From contig CM035355.1 of the NCBI GenBank assembly GCA_020137815.1, positions 4,650,001-4,714,000 of the forward strand: DNA of 64,000 bases, in the 5' to 3' direction. The position numbers and the translations under genes were made by a program. The notes beneath the pieces are model-generated. The model was not told where the DNA came from and did not search any database. It was given only the letters and a program-made list of their open reading frames with translations. Origin of the DNA: Hormiphora californensis (lineage: Eukaryota > Animalia > Ctenophora). This document shows positions 38,801 to 49,410 of the stretch, piece after piece (position 1 is the first letter of the stretch; every line of letters begins with the position of its first letter).

Positions 38801-41800
38801 TACCACATGAAAAAATTAAAAAAAGTCGAGACCACAACCTGTGCAGCATGTGGGATGGAAGACGAGACAATAAAGCATGTACTTACTGAATGCCCCGCCC
38901 TTTGGAAACTCCGACAGGAATCCTTTGACAGGCTGGGCCTCAGCATGTACGAAATTAGACACCATCAACCCCTTAGAAAAACGATCTCGTTCTATAAGAA
39001 GGCGATGGAGATACTTCACCCCCCTGAAACCACCCCTTAAAGGGAGGTTTCCCCTGTGACCTGGTATGGCACCAGCTCCCCAAGTCTCCTTGGGCCGAAG
39101 CAGTTGGCAACATACCAGCCACACCACCCAGGACGGGGAACGGGAGCCCTATGGCACCCACCCCTTACTGGCTAGTGCTTCGCACTAGCCAGCGTCCTCC
39201 CAGAAGAAGAAGAAGAAGATGGGTGATGGGGTTAGTATGTACACTATGTAGTTCTTCTACAGAAGAAGAAGAAGTATGTAGTTCTTTATTTCTCAATCTA
39301 TTAGATTTCTTTATTTCTCGACCGACTAGACACTATTTAATCATGTTTGGCTTTCTTAGAAAATGGTTTTATAATCCAAAGTTTTACTTCCAAAGAAGAC
39401 TGAGTTGACACTTGACATGTCGAGGGTCGTAAGGTCGGAAAGAAGAGCTTGTCTCGCAACCTCTCTGAACCAGATCGAAGGTAATTCTCGCAGCGTTTGC
39501 GTCGTGTACCGCGTGGGCCAATAAAACAGAGAGGGTCTTTCATCTTCGACACCTCCGGTATTAAAATGACAACAAGATTTGTAACGTACCAATTGCAAGG
39601 GAAGATAAGGTGACGGTGTATCCCTTGTTTTGATCCAGTATATCGGGGTTGTATCTGGATACAATGCTCTCACTACTCATCCACCAATCTAGAAGATCCA
39701 TACCATCCCGCACCTGTGGGCGAGGGTTTATTGTAGAAGTGCAAGAAATATTTTGCAGCTCTAAAAGTCAATCAATATTCAGACGATTTCGGCTGAATTA
39801 TATCACTGCATGGGGGCTATTACGGAACATGCAGCCTGACATAATTCAGCCGAAATCGTCTGAATCTTGATTGATTGCACTACTTTTTACTAATAGTGAT
39901 TCATGGTAATTAATGGTAACCAAATATAACATGAGTCCTCGACCAAGGACCTACCTCGCCCATGTAGACAGCACGTTGTAGTTTTGGAAGTTGGTTTTGC
40001 AGAGTGTTCAGGAGAGACTCCTCAATCCCCTCCAGGTTATCCAACACAACACCATTCACTATTACACTGTTAGGTGACACACCTAGAATGGAATGGGGAG
40101 TTCATGACAAATGTACCCTCTCTCACTACGCTCCGTAAAAGAAGCGTTGAAACATAACAAGCTCTGTAGTCAGAAAATGATGTCATTGTTTTCTCATACT
40201 ATATTACTGTTTCAAGAACATGATGCATCATGATGTTTCTGCTCATACCTGACATCTCGATGAAGTTATTTCCTGCATCCAAAAGAGCACTGTTATCTGC
40301 CAAAAACTGATCGTTTATCTTGACACTGGCTGAGTCAGATAACTCTGATTTTATAGTGGCCTCTGTAATACCATCTTCAGCTAACTGGAAATATTTCGGG
40401 TTTAGGAGGGGGAGATTCTTTATGGATATACGCTTTGAATTCAATTACAACATCTGGAACAGTTCTCAGAAAATTACAAAAGCTATAGTACACCTCCCGA
40501 GTCTCAAGACCAAGGAATATATATCCGGTCATAGACCGGCATTAGACAGTGTCTCACCTCAGTGATAAACTCTCTCAGTACAGGGTTGTCTGTGGAACTG
40601 GGACGAAGGTGGTTAACTGCAGCTCCATACAAAACATCTACTGGTTCAGAACCAGTTACCACAAAACCTGGTGAAGAATGAGGCGGTGAGAACCAAAAAG
40701 GGGATAGATAGAGGGCTGAGTCAAAATCTAGAAAGGGAGTGACTGGGGAGTGGATTCCAATTATATCCCACTCCTATCCGACTCACAAATAACTCAAGTT
40801 ACCTATTCTAACGGGAGTACTATTCTCTAACAACAGCGCAGCCAATCTGAACAACACCCCACTCCTCGGATCACTAGGTTTCACAACCATCACCACATTG
40901 TTGATATTCCTCCGGAGGTGTTTCAGCATGCCAGGGTAACTGGGTCGAAGGAGTTCGTGGAGATCTCGAGGCCAATGGTGGTAGTCTCTGTCTCGCTCCA
41001 GATTGTTGATGTATAGGACAGCTGAGAGAAGGAGAACTGGTTCATTGTTCGAACAAAGACACAGTCAACTGTTCCTTTACTGTTTGTTCACACTTCATAT
41101 AGTTCCAACAAAGGATGAACAAGTTTGGAACAATTCAGTAATGTTTTTCAAACAGTATGAGAAACCCAGCTGTCCAGGTACTCCCTCTTACTAACCAGGA
41201 TCTCGCATATCAATTCCGTATGTGATGCCCTTTTTGTAAAGGTCTGATTTCAGTAAATTATTAACTTCAGAGAAGCCCACATCTTTTAGTGAACTAAGAC
41301 CACCAACTGTTTTAGCTTCCGATTTGAGTTTCTTCAGCAAACTAAAGGAGAAAACATGGTTAGAAACAAAATCCAATCCCTCTTATCCGGCGGTATTTCA
41401 ATTTGTATGTCTATTCTCTAATCTCTAATCTCTATGGCCAAAATGTTAGTCCGGTTTGGGGCAACTGTCTATGTTTTACCTAAAAGGGTCAGCATTCTCT
41501 AGATCGATTAACATCCCGTTTAGTAGCAAGACACTGTCCCCCTCCTTAACATTGTACCGCTGTAATACCTCCTGGTTCTGAAAAGTGGGGGCATTGTGTT
41601 AGGCTATTACGACTTGAATTTGTAAGAACGTTGAATGATATTTGCATCCTCACTTAATTGACTAGCTCAGATCCTGTTAAAGATGAAATGAACAGATCAT
41701 TCCTTTCTAAATCACTGCAGTATACCTCCTTGATTTCCTTCCTCAGTTCAGTTGTCACGGCTGTTCTGCTGAGACTTCGTGCCAGGGAGGGAAGATTCTG

Positions 41801-43467
41801 GGAGTACTTGGCAAGTACAGCGAGGGGTTCTTCTCCGGGGGCAGACACCACTTTCTGGGCAGCCTGCATACCTGGAGGGAAATGTGAGGGAAAATATAAC
41901 GGGAGACAAATGAAAATGTTAGATAAACAAAAGGGGACAAGTACACAGGGTATAAAATACTGCTACAGAAACCGACCTAGTTCAGAAATCTGCCAAGCTT
42001 TCAAAGGTTTCATCGCATCTTTAGCGTCAACTAGGAACTCTTTCAGTTTGTTCAGGTCAGCTGTACTGTCGGGATACTTCTCTCGGAGGAAGCCAAATCT
42101 GAACCCTTCAAATTCGTCCTCTCCTCCTGATTTGGAAGCAGCACCGTCATCCTCAATCTGAGGAATAATCTGAGTTAGTTGGGGTTTTAGGACGCGATAA
42201 TGGGAGTTGGAGCTGTATAGATCTTTTCTTATCCCCAGAGTAATGAAGAGTGCGTACAAAGTAATTTGGACACTATGTCCTTTAAACAATCGCACTAACC
42301 TTACTATCATCGACAGTAGTGTATTCAGTACTCTTGACCGCCAGTTCAACCCCATACCCACTGAGGGTCACCTTTCCATCTCCAGTAAAGTAGCAATAAT
42401 GTCTGAACACATAAGCCACCTCACCCCTATCTGCTCGACCAGCAAAGTCACCGTGAGCTGTCATACAATCTTCCTCTCGGAGGTCACAATAAAGAATGAC
42501 TTGGGGTAGAGAGGTATCATCTCGGTAGATGTGATCGAACTTGATCAGTGGTACTCGAGGTATGGAGAGAGATGGTGTGGGGAGGGAGGTTGTGTAGCAT
42601 TGAGCGTGGCCGTTTATTTGGACAAATACATCGCAGTCTAGTTTACCGAGAGCTGTCTCTGCTATCTGAGGTGGGGTGAGGTAAAGTGAGTTGTCAATTA
42701 ATTTAAGACATCAGTTAGAATTGAAACCGGTTATTTATTTTGTAATTAAAGGCCGTGCGTAAGTATCCACTAACTAAAAAAAGGGGGATAAAAGGATTCC
42801 TACCTCTTGGTACATCTGGATTCGAGCAGAGTATTGTCGGAGAGAAAGAGATAGTTTGAGTAGGGATTCACTGACTTCAGTCAGGAAATCGGCAGCCCCT
42901 GCCATAGCCCAGATATACTCATCTGAAAATGGGTTAAATTAATTAGATAATTAACTACTTGGATTTGGGCCAAGAGTATTCGGAAATATCTGGAAATTGA
43001 GGCCCATGAGGTTACGTATCAAAATTCATCCAAGAGGAAGCGCGCAATCGAAATGCTGAGTATTGTGCTTTATCCACCTTGGCCACTCCGCGCGGCACAC
43101 ACACATCTGGAGACAAAGTGTGCCGGTGGTACGGAATTGTGACAACTGCAGAAGAAAGCAAGCAAACTGCAAAACCAGAATATATGCAAGTTTAATACCT
43201 TCATTAGTCTGTTCTGATGATCCACCGACGCGGGTTAGGTACTTGAAAAATAAGGAATTATCTTCTTCTGCGATAAACTCACTGAAAGAGAGATGAGAGA
43301 TGTTTATGATTGGTTTGTAACTCCAGGGTAAAATTTTGCAAAGATTATTATAATTACCTCGCCTCGAGTATGATTGGAGTGTGTTCCCAGTTAGCGTGAA
43401 GTACTGAGGTAACAGGTTTACTAGCCTGGGCTACCAGGGGAAGGAGAAAAAGGAGGATGGGTAACAT
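26835..43467 (-). CDS. UGGT: UDP-glucose:glycoprotein glucosyltransferase, ~28 exons
   Basis: Signal peptide and N-terminus [37 protein letters not shown]. Other peptides: [86 protein letters not shown] (DxD), [50 protein letters not shown]-terminus ...DAHSEL* is an ER-retention-like signal. The donors I checked are canonical GT. Confidence 0.96.
27454..27605. repeat. 28-bp minisatellite spanning a UGGT 3' splice site
   Basis: GAGACCCTGGTAGGAAGAGAGGGGGTTA x4 plus a degenerate fifth copy. Confidence 0.92.
28652..30042. mobile_element. Near-palindromic non-autonomous DNA transposon with TTAA TSD (Kolobok-like), in a UGGT intron
   Basis: TTAA|GGGTACGCTAACC...GGTTAGCGTACCC|TTAA. Arms ~610 bp and nearly identical (mirror ORFs appear in the track). 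Spacer ~29260-29437. Confidence 0.87.
30123..30231. mobile_element. hAT-like MITE (109 bp); a truncated copy lies at ~19597-19672
   Basis: TIR CAGGAACCGACCGAA...TTCGGTCGGTTCCTG, with near-perfect 8-bp TSD CTACCTAC / CTGCCTAC. Confidence 0.82.
34363..39217 (+). mobile_element. Non-LTR retrotransposon (APE-RT-RNase H; LOA/R1-group-like) in a UGGT intron, antisense to the host
   Basis: 14-bp target site duplication GATGGGTGATGGGG at 34349-34362 and 39218-39231. (GAA)n 3' tail at ~39202-39217. One long uninterrupted ORF. Confidence 0.92.
34913..39040 (+). CDS. Retrotransposon polyprotein: AP endonuclease, reverse transcriptase, RNase H, C-terminal CCHC finger (1375 aa)
   Basis: APE: [29 protein letters not shown]: [57 protein letters not shown]. 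RNase H: [34 protein letters not shown]. Zn finger: [15 protein letters not shown]. Confidence 0.96.
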   Translation: MENYITFTNHLSEDSHYPYLPQIARGLSATPHRAPIPGGPSREHPLSREHPPLHEGTSPCKTGLSPVREADLLNDGDSGSVATGKGQKSQIAAPNSAGGIQMTLRKEGTGRSNTARGAQDNLPPPPQEEGQQSLGPPPGPSAAKKISKNIRVTQINLHKSHEAWDDIITCNQTRSQIILAQEPPIIGKTSKVRASGGFSALYDKRAQRPRASILINSNLGRNVFLLDKFTDRDTVTILVKLGTKSVILCSMYMDRELECPPKLLGELAAHAKRNNLKLVIGSDTNAHNTSWGALVKDPIGKKRGDALLDAIVDLDLHVSNVNCPHTFDNGTRKNVLDLTMTNNHALDMIQDWQTVEGKCRSDHVPITFVLRDMDGSKIRSFYNIKKTNWALYRQLVEKGLEETGLTEMVISNAEELETANEKLIELMLWAYYKCTPKTYVSAHSKDPPWLSGEVKAAREEMFDKLRHAQTTKVHQDWDSAKTARNKYTKTKNQSKFKNWKIWAEDLDAYSDAQKVSQVLKNSKDYNLSCIFDANGELSQSPKETLQIMAEVHFGEDHSTRPSLKDKTEAPEGEWSDEKTFSKTRIIKALREFKPLTAAGPDGIRPIMMQKVADIIAEPFAKIAKASYSLGVTPKSWQEAEAIYLPKPGKDDYRMPKSYRTITLASNLHKLMERLILWHIEVDQKVHKKLNKSQYGFRRGVSTETALHKVVRKLEGTLMHKGIALGTFLDIEGAFDNVAFQAMERALHAKLRDKRTAVWITYMISNREITTNLMEESLTIRATRGCPQGGILSPFLWNLVMDDLLNHSKKNIPGELQGFADDLCHIVATTMPSGRNGPSADILPLRDATQKGLNSINAWCKTVGLKLSALKSHVVIFTHRKNVKIGNPIKIQGNPIKVSESTKFLGITLDSKLNWNEHVNKQIKKAKNILMQCRKVVGPTWGLNPKTALWIYTAIVRPTLCYGAMVWANAMRTKTNKENMIRVQRLALKMVTGAMPSTPSTALDTITNTAPITDHLRYCAAKTAYTLMATGEWEGPIKSDLKTPKVFTSHANTVSRDLRTLEAEGRCHDLTTPELTLDREFSLEIPERETFLEDGDKYTIVAHTDGSRINNNAGAGYIIHSGETELARNSYNLGPEGTVPAAEMYAIQQTAQYLLDRGTANERILINCDSQGTIKTLDSTTCRSKTTIKTIKNLNTLAIFNDVMIRWIPAHQGYDGNEIADILAKRGAQEIEEVTLIPIPKAAAYAALREKVKTGPIKQTKHMDMMWTERYERPLQKLNRTDLRAATHLLTGHCHLNYHMKKLKKVETTTCAACGMEDETIKHVLTECPALWKLRQESFDRLGLSMYEIRHHQPLRKTISFYKKAMEILHPPETTP
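42990..43077. repeat. Short interspersed repeat (~87 bp); second copy at ~45514-45601
   Basis: CTGGAAATTGAGGCCCATGAGGTTACGTATCAAAATTCATCCAAGAGGAAGC...GCTTTATCCAC is near-identical in a UGGT intron and a DENND11 intron. No clear TSD. Confidence 0.8.
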
Positions 43468-43641
43468 TTTAGGGGCTTGAGTTTCAATGGACCATCCTAG
43501 ATAATTGAAGAAGAATGGGTTTAGGGGAGATGTGATTTAAAGAATACCGGGGATTAGTTTTGAATCATTCACAAGTTAAGAAATGTACAAAGCAACAAAA
43601 TATAATACAGAATTCACAATATCAACACCAATTTCTCTCTC

Positions 43642-44014
43642 TCACCCGCTCCCCACACGTGTTCTTTCCAGATACTTTAGTTTAGTGGGAGGTGCACTGT
43701 GAAGCAGGGTGGTAAAAAGTAGGTATCCGAGCAGGAATGCTATCGTGAATCCAACAATCGGGCCAACAACTGAGGAGGGTGAAATAGATGTTGTTTGATA
43801 AATATTATTTTCAAAACATGTCAAACCGATTGGAATAACAAGAAAATAATCGCTGTTTGGAGAGTTTCATACCTGCGTATTCTTTGTGGGGAAATAGCGA
43901 CACAAGAAACTCAGAATCCTCAAAAAGGGGTAGGATAATGGCCCAAACGTTGAAGTATGCGAATAATCCAAACGCTAAATACGTCAATATTGATGCTTTA
44001 GTTTTTGTTTCCAT
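43642..44014 (-). CDS. DPM2: Dolichol-phosphate mannosyltransferase regulatory subunit 2, 2 exons
   Basis: Exon 43873-44014 (LAFGLFAYFNVWAIILPLFEDSEFLVSLFPHKEYA) joins exon 43642-43769 (VVGPIVGFTIAFLLGYLLFTTLL). Two TM helices; matches the DPM2 pattern FxYYTxWVxxLPFxxxxHxxxxxFxPRxYA. Confidence 0.8.
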
Positions 44015-44082
44015 TTCTTGTTATCTGTTTGACATCGCACTACAAAAGGAAAAAAGTTGAGCGCATTATAAATCCTTCTGGT

Positions 44083-44262
44083 CTAAATGCTGGCACGCCG
44101 TACATCTTGCCATCCTCCTTCATCGGAGGAAAGTGAAGGGGGCAGCAGCAGTTTCATGATTCAATGTCGATTGTAGTGAAGTTCGGAAAACCGTGTCTGT
44201 TTATCACGTTCACCTGCAATCCCAAACACCAGGACATTGAGAGTAACCTTGGTAACTCCTGA
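44083..44262 (+). pseudogene. Helitron Rep (Helitron_like_N) coding fragment with an internal stop
   Basis: Translates GTPYILPSSFIGGK*RGQQQFHDSMSIVVKFGKPCLFITFTCNPKHQDI, matching the Helitron Rep motif LPSSFxGGxRxMxQxYxDAMAxxxxxGKPDLFITFTCNPxW. Confidence 0.85.
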
Positions 44263-45072
44263 TATACAGTGGTTGGTGAGAATGGGGAGAGCTCTGCTCA
44301 AAGACAGCATTTAACTACGTCATGAGAATATCTGGCACCGCGAGCCCTGGCCATTTGGTGGGCCTACCGAATAGACGCTTGAATTATTTAATGTGGAGAA
44401 GGGAGGGACGGCAGAGGAAGGAGCATGCTGTCAAAAGTGGAGCTGCCCTGGCATATTGGTGAAAGTGAAGGACAGCTTTTACCCACGCCATGAGAATGGA
44501 ATCTAGAGTATTGAAGAAGATTGATTTTGATTCCAATAAAACATTGTATTTTTTGCTGTGTTTCATGAGGGGGTGAGCAGGCGATGGTAGGGGCAAGTTA
44601 GAGACATTAAAAGAAGAAAGTAAGTGAAGCAAAAAACAACAAATCACAATAATAGTATTTTACAATCTAGCTACTAACATAGTTATTACTGCACAAACTA
44701 CACATGTGACAGTAGCTAGGGATAGAATGAAAATACACAATTATACACACATTTATTAGCAATGGGGATAATCAAACCCAAACTCCACCCAAAAACCGTG
44801 AATTAAAACAGGAAAACTCAAACCCACTGAACAATAACCCGTTTCCTAAGCAGAATTATGACTCAACTCCTGGCGCCGAACAAGGCAACTGGCGTCCTGC
44901 ACCTTATAGCACCACCTCAATTTCTGTGCTCAAAACCCACGAAAAGCAGCAGCGGTAGCGGGTAGCCGTATTATCCAATCTGTCTACTTCTAGGAATCTC
45001 TGTATTACAGCTACTGAACTATGCTTTCTTCTTTTCTGTTACAGTCCTCCCTGCTGACATGTTCCAGGCATG

Positions 45073-47557
45073 TTACATGTGTAGATACTCTTCACAACAC
45101 CCTGGTCTTGAAACCTCAATATCATAACCCAGTTTGTCCACAAGGGTCTGGATAAAGGGCAGGTCACTGCTATGAAACCTATATGGGAAATAATGGGAGG
45201 TAGAAAGTGGTAGTCAGTACGAAATTAGAACCTATAACAGCCAGTTGCAATGGCACCCGCTAACACCTGACTAGAAAGTCGAGTGCCCTCTAAAGTCTAA
45301 CCTGATGTCTTTAAGATCCTGGCTTTGAACACGCCGTGAGCCTCCCATTAGTTCGCTGAACGTGAGAAACAGATCTTCAGTTAGCTGGGTGAAATACCCA
45401 ATTATCATTCGATCTATTTCAGATGTATTCCTCCGTCCGTACTGGGCGTCCACCATTTCTGAGCGTGAATGTTGAGTTTTAGGGGTTTAGTGGATGGGGT
45501 GACTGTCGAGTGACTGGAAATTGAGGCCCATGAGGTTACGTATCAAAATTCATCCAAGAGGAAGCACGCAATCGAAATGCTGAGTGTTGTGCTTTATCCA
45601 CAAGAGATACAGAGAGAGATCTGAGGCATTGAAAATGTGGCCAAGTAATGGATTGTACAGGGTCGGTAACGAGGGATGTATACCAGAAAATGATTGTATA
45701 ATGTATAATGTATACCAGAGAGATGGGTGAATCTGGTGATGTCCCCTCTTGTAACAGTAATCACCTCATCATTACCATTCAATACTGAACTTCCTGGAAA
45801 TATAGAAACACATTATTAGCCGTCAATTACAGGAAGTGGGGGCTCAAAGTTTCACTCCGACTCCATTGTTGAGGAGGATAGAACTGACTATAATCCGGCA
45901 GCTTTGGATGTAGCACATTTTAATATAAACCATGTAGATTTGTTTCACTAACCAGTAACATATGCATCATACACAAGGTTGCCCTTTGTTCGTAGAATGC
46001 TGTCTGCTGAACAGGCTATGTAGGAAGGTCTCAGCTGCAGGTCTGTCATTTCGTTTACCTGGGGGATAATGGGTGTGTTAGATATCTGGCAAATAAACCG
46101 TTGGAGTGGTCGGAGATGTGTTAGCCTTGATTTTATAGTGGGAGACATAGTCCAATTGTAATGTTTGAGGGTAATGGTTGGTGACGCAGTCACCCTTACA
46201 ACTCGTGCGTGTAGCGCACCAAAACGAAGCCCGCGTAGCGCAGAGAGGTGACGGCGCCACCAAGGGTAATGGGTAGTGTGACGTGTGTTAGAAATCGATA
46301 TAGAGGCTAGAGCAAGAGGCTGGGATATGGGATACTATGCATTATTATCTAAACCCCAGCCTCGATAGCATTGGAAAGATAACCAGACTTACAGTAACAA
46401 AGAATATTGGTTGCGACTCTGTGTACTGGGTATAGCTCATTGCGGCTAGTGCGGCAACATAGCCACATTGTCTCGAAATGGGTGGCGTGCATTGGAGCAA
46501 AACTCGCTTTTTCAGTAACAAAAACTTCCACAGAACGAAGATGTTAACACCTGAAAGGAAGGGAAGGTGGTACATAATGATGTCATGAGTAGTGTTATTT
46601 GGAGATAGACGAGTAAAACCAAAACAGCCCATATCGCGATTAAAGCTCCAACTCTGTTAACATTATAGGGACTTCGAACTGCAAGCTCAAGTTGTAAAGT
46701 GCACACCCTATAATTGCTTACCTTGAGACTTGAGCAGGTCATACACAGTGCCCACAGTGGGTGGTTTCAACTCGACTGGCATGGCTCCCCCACAGCTCTC
46801 ATTATGTCCCACAAAGTACTGAATCAACTCCGTGTACGCCGAACCTGAAGGAGAGATTGAGACTAAAGAATACTAGCAGTGGATTCAAGGCAAGAAAATG
46901 ACGAACTTGAGGAGTTCTAAGACATCACTTGGTATAAAATATACATGATATCATATAGGTTAATTAGTTTTCTTTTAAATGAGGAAGTTTAGTTTTCTCC
47001 TTCTGGCTGGAAAAGATGACGGATTTTATTGAAGTCGCCATTACCAGGCTTCTTCAACTATTTGAATCAGATATAAAATGAGAGAACACCCCTTCTTACC
47101 GGGGAACTCGACGCACTGCTGAGCGAATTCAACCAATCTCTCCTCGTGAGGGGGCAGGGAAGGATAGTTACGGGTGACAACTCCTACACTCTTCATCCGA
47201 GCACCTCTCTCTGCCGTGTTTTCAACCTGGGAATGTGGAAATTGTGGTGGCGCGTTTTTGAACCTCCCATTCCTACCCTATTGGGTGTCAAGAGAACTCT
47301 GCAACTAAAGAAGACTCGTCTCTCACTGATCCAAGCCCCTAACCACCAACCAGTAGCCCCTCTACCCTAACACCTCTACCCAACCCCTCTCTATACCTGT
47401 TTCATCATGAAGGCCGCCATGCCAAAGTTGCCATTGACTTCAAACACAACGACATCGTGTTGTACATTGTGAGCACCACTTGGCATCGCCTTGAATTCAA
47501 CACCCGTCAAATCATAGTCATCGGGGTAACACCACTCTATCACGTTACCTGGAGAGA

Positions 47558-47643
<86 letters not shown>

Positions 47644-47672
47644 GGAGAGGGAGAGAGAGTGAGGGAGAGAGA

Positions 47673-47738
<66 letters not shown>

Positions 47739-48028
47739 TGACTGAGGACTGAAGTGTTTGTCTCAGCACATATTATATATCGCAATAGTTATACCTAGTT
47801 AGAAATTAGGCAACTAGGTACATATCGGGTTGGCTAGGTGAATAGTTTGGGCATGTGTTTACTACCTTCTCGTGTATCAAATGCAACAACAAATATCGCA
47901 CACAACTTCGGATCACAGTGCACGTAGTGTACATCTGCAACATCTGGTTTCACTGGAGATCTGATTTCAACCTCAGGGGGTTGTAGTAGAGGTTCTGTGT
48001 CATCCCGGGGATCGTCTCCGCACAACAT
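45073..48028 (-). CDS. DENND11: DENN domain protein 11 (LCHN/KIAA1147 family), ~9 exons
   Basis: Peptides: AIFVVAFDTREG-NVIEW, LTGVEFKAMPSGAHNVQHD, AERGARMKSVGVV, IFVLWKFLLLKKRVLL, SQPIFFVT, SYIACSADSIL. Ends ...KLGYDIEVSRPGCCEEYLHM*. Confidence 0.85.
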
Positions 48029-48416
48029 GGCGCGGAGGAGGGAGATGAGAGATGAGAGACACGCTACATCCTGCTGAATTGTATCGGGTTTATGAGGTTA
48101 TTAAACCGAGATATATTGGGTGTGATTAAAACGAGGTCTGGCGATTAGAATAAGTCATAATAAATGAAATATATACGAGAATAAAGAGATTCTATATATA
48201 AACATTAAACTCTCTTGACAACAGCAGCAGCGGGGTAAATGATAGAGTACAAGGACAGTAAGTTGTATAATAAATCTTCTGAAGTCCGTATGGCGAGGAG
48301 ATGTAACAGGGCATTCGCACCTCAAAAGTTTATTTGTACAGAAATTATTGAGTCTAGATGAATAGTCCACCTCAAATCATGGAGTTATGCCGGTTCATCA
48401 GGCGGTCTTGTCCACC

Positions 48417-49229
48417 TCAAATCATGGAGTTATGCCGATTCATCAGGCGGTCTACCCACGACTGAAAGAACAGTCCATCACTTCCAGTAAAATCAGGTCG
48501 CATTCGCAGCTGATCAAGTGCAATCTGGAGATGGTAGGCGGTCTGCTCGATCGGAAGTTGCACTCCACCACAGAGTTGATTTATGATTGACTGGTTGTGT
48601 GCCGCACCAAGAATCGCCTGGTTGGAGGAGACATTGTAAACTACTTTCGAACCATGTGGCATGTTATTAGTATTATTATTGTTGCTGTTTGTAAGGTGAT
48701 GAAGTGTAGGTGCTTTAGGTGCCGCCCTCGGTTTGGCGAGTGATTTGTATTTCCGTTTAGTCTTGATGCAGTGCCTCCGCTTGAACCGTTCAACCCACCC
48801 CTTGGAGCCTACGAAAGTGATGGGACCGCCCATGAGCCTGTTGAACTCCTGAGCCTTTGCCATTATTTCCTTTCCCTCCACGTGGACATCCAGTGCCATC
48901 TGCTCATTGTACCAGTTCAGCACCGCATCTTCCATCTGCTCCGATTTGGGACCCTTCATACCCTTCCGTTTATCAGGATTCGTCGGAGTGAACGATTTCA
49001 GGAAAGTCTCGACCTTTCCTTCCTGATTTTTGATGTCTCGTACTGTTGAGTTACCTATCTTATACTCCTCAGCCAACTCGTTTACTTTTGCTCCATCTTT
49101 AAGTTTTTGAATGACCTCTTTTTTCTGGGAGATGGAGAGACGGACACGCTTTCTCTTGACAGAGGGGCCAGGTGGGGAGCTTGGTTGAGGGGGCAGGGGA
49201 GCTTTCTTGATCATGGTGGGTGCTGACAT
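48417..49229 (-). CDS. CENP-B/Tigger/Jerky-type DNA-binding protein (HTH_psq + HTH_Tnp_Tc5) lacking the DDE domain; single exon
   Basis: KRKRVRLSISQKKEVIQKLKDGAKVNELAEEYKIGNSTVRDIKNQ and MEDAVLNWYNEQ...GKEIMAKAQEF...FVGSKGWVERFKRRH. The remainder is short and low-complexity, with no recognisable DDE catalytic block. Confidence 0.88.
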   Translation of the reverse strand: MSAPTMIKKAPLPPQPSSPPGPSVKRKRVRLSISQKKEVIQKLKDGAKVNELAEEYKIGNSTVRDIKNQEGKVETFLKSFTPTNPDKRKGMKGPKSEQMEDAVLNWYNEQMALDVHVEGKEIMAKAQEFNRLMGGPITFVGSKGWVERFKRRHCIKTKRKYKSLAKPRAAPKAPTLHHLTNSNNNNTNNMPHGSKVVYNVSSNQAILGAAHNQSIINQLCGGVQLPIEQTAYHLQIALDQLRMRPDFTGSDGLFFQSWVDRLMNRHNSMI

Positions 49230-49410
49230 AATACACCTACAAGGGAGATGGGTTGTTTAAGTTGAAAAACAGTAGTGGATGAGAAATAAAGGAAGGGGGT
49301 TTTAATAAAACTATGTTGTATTTGCGAAGTTAAAATAAGTTAAAAGACCAACACACGTCCAAGTATAAACACAGCACCGTTCAGAAGATTTCATCTCACT
49401 CTCGTCCCTC

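Noticed and set aside
40165-40240. Possible intronic box C/D snoRNA on the minus strand (ATGATG...CTGA); a similar weak case lies at ~54875-54935
   Set aside because: Box C is imperfect, there is no convincing terminal stem and I recognise no rRNA guide. It would need snoscan or Infernal.
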